DNA of 64,000 bases from the NCBI GenBank assembly GCA_038087875.1, contig CM075989.1, positions 23,500,001 to 23,564,000 on the forward strand. The letters run 5' to 3'. This stretch comes from Malacoraja senta. Lineage: Eukaryota. This document shows positions 55,597-64,000 of the stretch, piece after piece. A program made the translations under genes and the position numbers. Position 1 is the first letter of the stretch; each line of letters starts with the position of its first letter. The notes beneath the pieces were generated by a model. That model ran no database searches. It saw only the letters and a list, made by a program, of their open reading frames with translations, and was not told where the DNA came from.

Positions 55597-58500
55597 CTGT
55601 TCAAAAAGAGAGGATCACCATGAATGGATGATTTAGCTGAGGATGTGTTCTACAATCTACACGTTTGCACGATAAAACCTGTCTGAATGGCAAATTGGAT
55701 CCATTATTTCCTGACAGCAGAGAGAGAGAAGAAAGGAGGAGAGAGAGGGAGGAGAGAGAGGGAGAGGGGGAGAGAGAGGGAGAATGGGAGAATGGGAGAG
55801 AGGGAGAGAGGGAGAGAGTTTTATTGTCATATCCCAGATAGAACAATGAAATTCTTACTTGCAGGAGCACAAAAGAATATGCCGGAGGCCATTTGGCCCA
55901 TTTAGTCTATGCTGGTTAACTGAGCAATTCCATCCCCCCCCCCCCATTGATTTTCCCTGTAACCAATCCTCCAAACTTTATCATTAATCTTTCCACCCAC
56001 CAGCATGAGTGATTTAGAATGGTCAACTAACCTGCCAACCTACACATCTTTGGGATGTGATTGGGAACTGGCTCACACAAAATAAAATATGCAGTCAGTC
56101 TCGGGGAGAATTACAACTGCAAACTTAAATTGGTTTTCCTTCCTTCTGCTCTGGTGCCTAACTTTGCGCTTACCAATTGGTAAGGGGCTGGAACATGATG
56201 ACCGCTGTAGGTTTGGATTGAACCTGGCTTGTTTTGGGGTGGAACCTCTATTAGCTGTGAAACTGTGCGGTTCCCACTGATTGTCAATAGCAGTGGGCAT
56301 ACTGCTGCAGCCCTTACCCAGTTGGTCGGAATAAAATCAGGCACCAGAACAGAGGGCAGGAAACTACTTTAAGTTGTAAAGTTTCAGTTGACAAAGTCAC
56401 CTACTAGTCTGAGAAGCCTCCAACCTGCCAGAAAAGCTAGTTGTCAAGTCAGAGGTTCATACAGAATGGAAAAAATGCCATTTGGGCCAATTTTCAATAT
56501 TATTTTATAGTCATAGAGTGATACAGTGTGAAAAACAGGCCATTCGGCCCAACTTGCCCACACTGGCCCAACATGTCCCAACTTGCCCAACATGTCCCAT
56601 CTACACTAGTCCCACCTGCCTGCTCTTGGTCCATATCCCTTCAAACCTGTCCTATCCATGTACATGTCTAACTGTTTCTTAACGTTGGGATAGTCCCAGC
56701 CTCAAACTACCTCATCTGGCAGCTTGTTCCATACACCCACCACCCTTTGTGTAAAAAAGTTACCCCTCAGATTCCTATTAAATCTTCTCCCCTTCACCTT
56801 GAACCCATGTCCTCTGGTCCTCGATTCCCCTACTCTGGGCAAGAGACTGTGCGTCTACCCAATCTATTTCTCTCATGAGGAACCATATATCTCATACGAG
56901 ATATATCTCATATGAGAGGAATCACACCTGTATCTGCCATTCAAAACTGGGTGTGATGACATTTAGCAAATATATAAACCTTGCATCCAACACCTGGACA
57001 ACGCTGCTCAAGAATCTGCTTATTCATCGATAAAACCTGAGGAGAAATATTCTGTAGAAATAATTCAACTTAGTGAAGATACAAGCAAGTGGAAGTGCCT
57101 GACATGATTCTCAGTGGCTCTTCATACATCATGACAGCAAGCCCGCTGTGTCTTTTTTCAACAGAAGATTTATTTAGCGAAAGCACCTTCAGGAAGCAGG
57201 AGGTGTTAAATATCAGGGTGCAATTAAAAATATGTCATCTTCACTCACGTATGGTTTTCAATTATGTGAAAAACCAACAAAATCATCTGGATTCCTGGCA
57301 CGAATAGAAGCAGTTTCCATTTGAAATAAAACTCTGATAACCAGCACAATGGTTGCTTGGAAAGCCTAATGGTTCAACATCTGGTTTACCTACATAAGTG
57401 ACATTCTGCTTCATTAACTAACTCATTTATATGGGAGATGACCATCTGCTGACCACGGAAAACGAGCAAGCAGATGGGACCAGTTCAACGAGGCATCAAT
57501 ACACAATAGATAATAGGTGCAGGAGTAGGCCATTTGGTCTTCGAGCCAGCACTGCCATCCATGTTCGGCATAAACTTTGTGAGCTGATGTACCATTCATT
57601 CCTGTGCTGTACTGTGCGCAGGAAGGAACCGAAGATAGACACAAAAAGGTGGTGTGGGTCAGTGGGTCTGGAGAAAAGGAATGGGTGATATTCCGGGTCG
57701 AGACCAGAGTGTTCTATGCTTCTTCAGCTATGATGTTGCATTTGCTAATCTACACCAGGTCTCTCTCATTATTGAAGATGCCAATGTATACAGTCACCCA
57801 GTTTGTAACTGTATACCTCACTGCATTGATTCCAACTGGCCTACAATCACTGGCATCCCTCCCACACATTTTCTTAAGTGGCAGAGCAGTAAGCAGAGTT
57901 TTCCTTCAATAGAAATAGTTCCCGAATCAAGAGACCTTTGAGAATAGACAGAAAAGCTGGAGTAACTCTTCAGTCTGAAGAAGGGTCTTGACCCGAAACG
58001 TCACCCATTCCTTCTCTCCAGAGATGCTGCCTGTCCCGCTGAGTTACTGCAGCTTTTTGTGTCTATCTTCCAGCATCTGCAGTTTCTTCCTACACAGACC
58101 TTTGAGAAATTATATTTGGGAAAACTGCATTGTTCCCATTTACTGCCTTCAAACGCTGAAATGGAAACAGTTGTTTAATTTGGAGATGCAGCATAGAAAC
58201 AGGCCATTCGGCCCAGGCCGACCATCGACCACACGTTCACACTAGCCCTATGTGATCCTACTTTTTCATCCACTCCCTACACACCAGGGACAATTTACGG
58301 ATGCCATTTAACCTGCAAACCCGCAAGTCTTTGGGATGTGGAAGGAAACAGGAGCAGCTGGTGGAAACCAACAGGAAAACGTGCAAACAACGCGCAGACA
58401 GTTGCCGAGGTCAGGATGGAACCCTAGTATGTGGGATAGTGCTCATGCACATGGCGATTGTTGGTCGGCATGGACTCAGTGGGCCGAAGGGCCTGTTTCC

Positions 58501-59062
58501 ACGCTGTATCTCTAAAGTGCAAAGTAAAGCCACTCTCGATTTCTTCACATAATTGCCAAGATTCATCTTACATTCGATTTAATATCCTCTGCAACTTACG
58601 TTATGGATTCGGATGAACTAAGGAGGAGGACTGACTGAATGTTACTGCCTTCCACCACAGTGAAGAATGTTGATTCCACTGTGGTGGATGTTCATGTTAT
58701 ATTCTATTGTGTATTGTGCTCTTTTTGATTGTGTGGCTGCACGGTATATCAGATTCCACTGTACCTTAATTGGTGCATGTGGCAATAATTGTGAACCAGA
58801 ACTTTATACGCTCCATTGAAGCAGTTATTTCCATCTGTTTCCTCACTTCCTCTCTCCCAACACTGGATCTTTTACTGGTCTTTTCTTTTTTATACTTTAA
58901 TTGACAACACATGTTAACCATTTGTGTTGTTCCTTACCTCCATTGTCGTCCAAAACGTCAATGTTTATATTCTGCTCATATACACTGCTCTGCTGTAGTC
59001 TTACAACTTAGCACAATTGGCTAGATTACAATGTACAGTCTCAATACACTGATACTCAATAC

Positions 59063-59428
59063 CTTTCTGTCCTGGGCCTCCTCCATTGCCAGAATGAGGC
59101 CACACGCAAACTGGAGGAACAACACCTCATATTTCACTTGGGTAGATTACAACCCAGTGGCATCAACCTTGAATTCTCTAATTTTAGGTAACATACAAAC
59201 ACTCCCCTTCCACTTCCTTCTACTTAATGCCAATTAATTAGTTCCACAGTTTGCAACAATTTATCCCTCTAGGGAATCACACCATCCCTAGCCTACATCA
59301 GCCCATCAGGGAACCTCCCTGCTTGATGTCACCGAGTCACAGCCCTGATTTGTCCTGATCTTTTCTTGCTTCCAGTTGCTCCCCCTTACAGCCAGTCTGA
59401 AGAAGGGTCCCGACTCGAAACGTCACCA
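59063..59428 (+). mobile_element. Penelope-like element 3' fragment: GIY-YIG endonuclease C-terminus followed by a hammerhead-type motif
   Basis: 59063-59191 encodes LSVLGLLHCQNEATRKLEEQHLIFHLGRLQPSGINLEFSNFR*; CTGAAGAAGGGTCCCGACTCGAAACGTC about 200 nt downstream. Confidence 0.8.
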
Positions 59429-59904
59429 GGGTGGTGAATCTGTGGGATTCATTGCCACGGACAGAGATTGACAGATTCTTGATTATTACGGGTGTCAGGG
59501 GTTATGGAGAGAAGGCAGGAGAATGGGGTTGAGAGGGAGAGATAGATCAGTCATGGTCGAATGGCGGAGTAGACCTGTTGGGCCGAATGGCCTAATTCTA
59601 CTCCAATTCCTTATGACCTCATGACCTTAATTGCCCACACCGATCAACTTGTCCCAACTACACCAGTCCCACCTGCCTGCATCACCTATGATGAACCTTT
59701 GGAATCTGGAGGATCAATTGCCTTGTCCATTCAAAACGAGAATTAATAGATTTTTGGACATTAATGGAATAAAGGGATATAAAAGTGAACGAACATGCTG
59801 TTGAGGTAGATCAGCCACAGATCATGATGAATGGTTCAGCATACTCAACGGGCTCATTGGCCTAACCCTGCTTCTATTTTTATACTCTGACGTTCCGAAT
59901 GATT

Positions 59905-60199
59905 AGTTTAGTTTAGTTTAGAGATACAGCGTGGAAACAGACCCTTCGCCCACCGAGTCTGCGCTGACCAGCGATCCCCGCAGACTAACACTATCCTACA
60001 CACACAAGGGACAATTTACACTTATACCGAGCCAATGAACCTACAACCCTGTACGTCTTTGGAGTGTGGGATAAAACCCACGCGGTCACGGGGGAACGTA
60101 CAAACTCCGTACAGACAACACCCGTGGTCAGGATGGAACCTGGGTCTCTGGCGCTGCAAGCACTGTAAGGCAGCAAATCTACCGCTGAGCCACCGTGCC
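59905..60199 (-). mobile_element. HE1-like V-SINE
   Basis: Reverse complement of head, core and tail. Confidence 0.8.
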
Positions 60200-62438
60200 A
60201 TCCAAGGCCAAACAAGTTGGGAATCTCCGCACCTGACACACTACGCTTCCTAACAACCTTTCCATTAATGGCACAGAAATCTGAAGCACTCGCCTGTCAA
60301 AAGTAGGAATTCAGAAAACTCAATAATCCAAAATATTTTATGTGCAAGGTTCAAATTGGAATTCCTAAAATAAGGTCAATCCAAAAATACATGGGGAAAC
60401 TATAATTTGTCAGTGTTCTTTATTCCCATGCTAAAGCAGCTGTAAGCATATCTACAACATTACATTTACATTCATCCCAAGGCTAAACAATTCATCATAA
60501 CTTGGGGACTTAACCTTGCTCAATTTGAAAAATGTAGCTGGAAATGACACATAAATTAAACGATCACATTTAATAGCTGCCCCTTGCAGTTATTCTGTTA
60601 TTTTTAAAACCAGTGAACAGGGAAACTTATGTCTCAAGATTCTTAAATAACCCCAATATTGTGTCAGCATTATATTTAGAACATTGATTTGTTGTTCAGG
60701 ACCATGGATGTAAATTCTACACATGATATAGTTCTACTAGCGTGCTGGCAGTATATTTATTATTTAATGAATCATGTCACACTTCATTCCTGCTATAAAT
60801 GAAAATATTAGAGTTTGCAAACCGTGATCACAGAAAGACACACCTGAATTTAAATAATGATGCCAGGACATTTGTATCCATTACTTCTTTCACAATTTCA
60901 CAGTGGAAAACTTTCGAAATGCTCCAACTAATATCCACAGAAAAGACACAAAGTGCCTCAGCGGGTCAGGCAGCATCCCTGGAGAGCAAGGAAACCTCTG
61001 GTCCTAGACTCTCCCACTAGTGGCAACATCCTCTCCACATTCACTCTATCCAGTCCTTTCACAATAAACTTTCGTCAGAAAGACAAATGCAATCTGAGCG
61101 TTCATTTTGAGAGGACTGGAATATATACGGAAGGATGTAACGCTGAGACAAAGTGCAAAGTAATGTCAAAAACAAAGAACTGCAGATGCTGGTTTATGCC
61201 AAAGGTAGACACAAAATGCTGGAGTGACTCAGCGGGCCAGGCAGCGACTCTGGAAAAAAATGACAGGTGACATGTCCCATGGTGCTGAAGAACGACCCGA
61301 TCTGAAACGTTACCCAAGTTGCCCTTGAGGAGGCGATGGTGAGCAACCTTGTGGAACTGCTGCAGTTGGAGTGCTGGCTGAAAGATAAGTAGAAACATAG
61401 AATGTGGAGGGGATGTTTCCACTAGTGGGAGAGTCTAGGATCAGAGGTCATAGCCTCAGAATAAAAGGTCATATCTTTAGAAAGGAGATGTGAAAGAATG
61501 TCTTTAGTCAGTGGGTGGTGAATGTGTGAAATTGGGTGTCAGAGGTTATGGGGAGAAGGCTGGAGAATGGGGTTGAGAGGGAAAGATCGATCAGCCATGA
61601 TTGAATGACAGAGTGGACTTGATGGGCTGAATGGCCTAACTTTAGGCTCCTAGGAACGTATGAACTACTCCTGACTCACCCTGCAGGCTAACCCTTTGTG
61701 AATCTTGCACAAACACTTCCTAGGACCTTTGCCTCTCCGATTTATGAATTGGAAGGATCCTGTCTGCTTTCTTAACTGCACTCTTAACACCCTCCCACTT
61801 TCAATGAATTATGCACATATGCCTCCAAAACTCCATTCTTGTAATCCTTTTACAATAGTGCCCTTTACACTACCTCTTCTCATTTTTTCAACCATAGCAT
61901 AACTATACACATTTATCAATAGAGTTTATGTGGCACCATCCCAGCGACCTGCAGTATCTATTTTCCCTTGACGTCTAATGCTATCCGTCTCACAACTCAC
62001 TATAGCTCCAAGTGCTGTGATATTGACAGGTTTGGAAATTGTGCTCTGCAGGTCTCAGAACAAGTTATTAATCTACACTGTGAATAGCAGTGCGTACAGC
62101 ACCAACACAAAGACCTCCACCATTGTTCCCCTCCGCCACCACCTCAACGTGTTCCGGGTTTGGCACGATGCAGAGGTCTTCTTTAAAAAGCCTGACATCA
62201 GTCTGAAGAAGGGTCTCGACCCGAAAACTCACCCATTCCTTCTCTCCAGAGATGCTGCCTGTCCTGAGTTACTCCAGCATTTTGTGTCTGTCTACAAAGA
62301 CCTCCACCGTACATTTAACTTCAGTCCATAAAATATCTTCCATTACTACTCTCCGCTTTCTGTTATTTAGCTGATTTCTTTCCACACAGATACAGATCTT
62401 TTTATTTGACATCTTTCCACCCTGATTGCGTGAAGGTG

Positions 62439-62742
62439 GCACGGTGGCGCAGCTGCCTCACAGCGCCAGAGACCCAGGTTCGATCCTGACTATTGGTGCT
62501 TGTCTGTACGGAGTTTGTACGTTCTCCCCGTGACCTGCGTGGGTTTTCTCTGAGATCTTCGGTTTCCTCCAACACTCCAAAGACGTACAGGTTTGTAAGT
62601 TAATTGGCTTGGTATAAATGTATAAAATTGTAATATTGTCCGTAGCGTGTGTAGGGTAGTGTTAATGTGCAGGGATCGCTGGTCGTTGCGGACTCAGTGG
62701 GCCGAAGGGCCTGTTTCCTCGCTGTATCTCTGTACTAAACTA
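62439..62742 (+). mobile_element. HE1-like V-SINE
   Basis: Same head, core and tail. Confidence 0.8.
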
Positions 62743-62849
62743 GACTTATCATGTAGCTTTTTAATCAAACATCTCCTGGAAGTCTAAACATCCCACTGCA
62801 ACTGGATATTCACTTTCTTTCTTTATCAAACATTTTGTTGTTAGTTTGA

Positions 62850-63830
62850 CATAGAAACGTAGAAAATAGGTGCAGGAGGAGGCCATTCGGCCCTTTGAGC
62901 CAGCACCGCCATTCATTGTGATCATGGCTGATCGTCCCCAATCAATACCCGTGCCTGCCTGCCTTCTCCCCATATCCCTTGATTCCACTAGCCCCTACAG
63001 CTCTATCTAACTCTCTCTTAAATCCATCCAGTGATTTGCCTCCACTGCCCTCTGTGGCAAGGAATTCCACAAATTCACAACTCTCTGGGTGAAAAAGTTT
63101 TTTCTCACCTCAGTCTTAAATTGCCTCCCCTTTATTCTAAGACTGTGGCCCCTGGTTCTGGACTCGACCAACATTGGGAACATTTTTCTGCATCTAGCTT
63201 GTCCAGTCCTTTTATAATTTTATATGTTTTGATAAGTTCCCCCCTCTCATCCTTCTAAACATGATCAAGACACCGCTCTGTAAGACTTTGCTGTGGCCAC
63301 ATTTGACGTATTGCCTGCACTTCTGGTTGCCCCATTACAAGAACAATGTCGAGGTTTGGAGAGGGTGCGGAGGCCGTTTACCAGAATGGTGCCGGGATTA
63401 AAGAGTTTCAGCTTCAAGGAGTGAATGGATAAACTTGGATTGGTTTCTCTGGAACGTCGGAGGTTGAGGGGAGACTTGATAGAAGTACATAAAATTATGG
63501 GAGGCACAGATAGGGTAGACAGTCAGAACCTTTTCCCCCACAGTGGAAAGGTCCCACACTAGAGGGCACAGTTATAAGGTGAGAGGGGAAAGGTTTAATG
63601 GAGATGTGAGCAGCTAGTTTATTTTTTACACACATAATGGTGGGGGCCAAGAACACATTGCCGGGGGTGGTGGTGGAGGCAGATAGGATAGAGGTGTTTA
63701 AAAGACTTTTAGATGGACAGATGCAGGGAAGAGAGGGATATGGATCATGTGCAGGCTGATGAGATCAGTTTAACTTGGCATCATGCTTGGCACAGATTTG
63801 TGGGCCGAAGGGCCTGTTCCTCTGTACTGT
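62850..63830. mobile_element. Two divergently oriented CR1 3' fragments (minus about 62850-63258, plus about 63331-63830)
   Basis: CR1 ORF2 C-terminal motifs and tails on each strand. Confidence 0.75.
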
Positions 63831-63859
63831 CCCATGTGTAGGAAAGAACAGTGGAGCTG

Positions 63860-64000
63860 TTTCGCTTGGGTAGCTTACACCCCAGCGGTATGAACATTGA
63901 CTTCTCTCACTTCAAATAGCCCTTGCTTACCCTCTCTCTCCATCTCCTCCCCCTTCCCAGTTCTCCCATCAGTCTTACTGTCTCCGACTACATTCTACCT
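63860..64000 (+). mobile_element. Penelope-like element ORF end, running off the window
   Basis: FRLGSLHPSGMNIDFSHFK* at 63860-63919, homologous to the 59063 fragment. Confidence 0.75.

Noticed and set aside
55597..64000. Search for HDGFL3 exon 1 (..DLVFAKMKGYPHWPAR)
   Set aside because: Not found by eye; presumably beyond the window end

Overview
Eukaryotic, repeat-dense vertebrate DNA, most likely a cartilaginous fish such as a skate or ray (inferred from HE1-type V-SINEs, HER1/CR1 tails and SacSINE1-like relics). Two spliced genes lie tail-to-tail. TM6SF1 (+) is complete, with 10 exons at 17877-41173 giving 370 aa. HDGFL3 (-) is partial: four exons found at 46332-55596, exon 1 not found in the window, exon 4 probably in the 200-N gap, and exon 3 carrying an apparent +1 frameshift. 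Almost all other ORF-track entries are transposon debris or microsatellite read-through. The main discovery is a ~140-bp non-coding retroelement, present three times on the minus strand. Its first ~54 nt fold by eye into a compact, essentially P4-less HDV/CPEB3-like self-cleaving ribozyme. Its 5' boundary coincides with the predicted cleavage site, and it has a structured 3' domain, a (GAA)n tail and target-site duplications. The window also holds many Penelope-derived minimal hammerhead motifs, tandem arrays built from retroelement ends, and Harbinger-like MITEs. All family assignments are from recognition and memory; no database search or folding program was run, and repeat boundaries are approximate.
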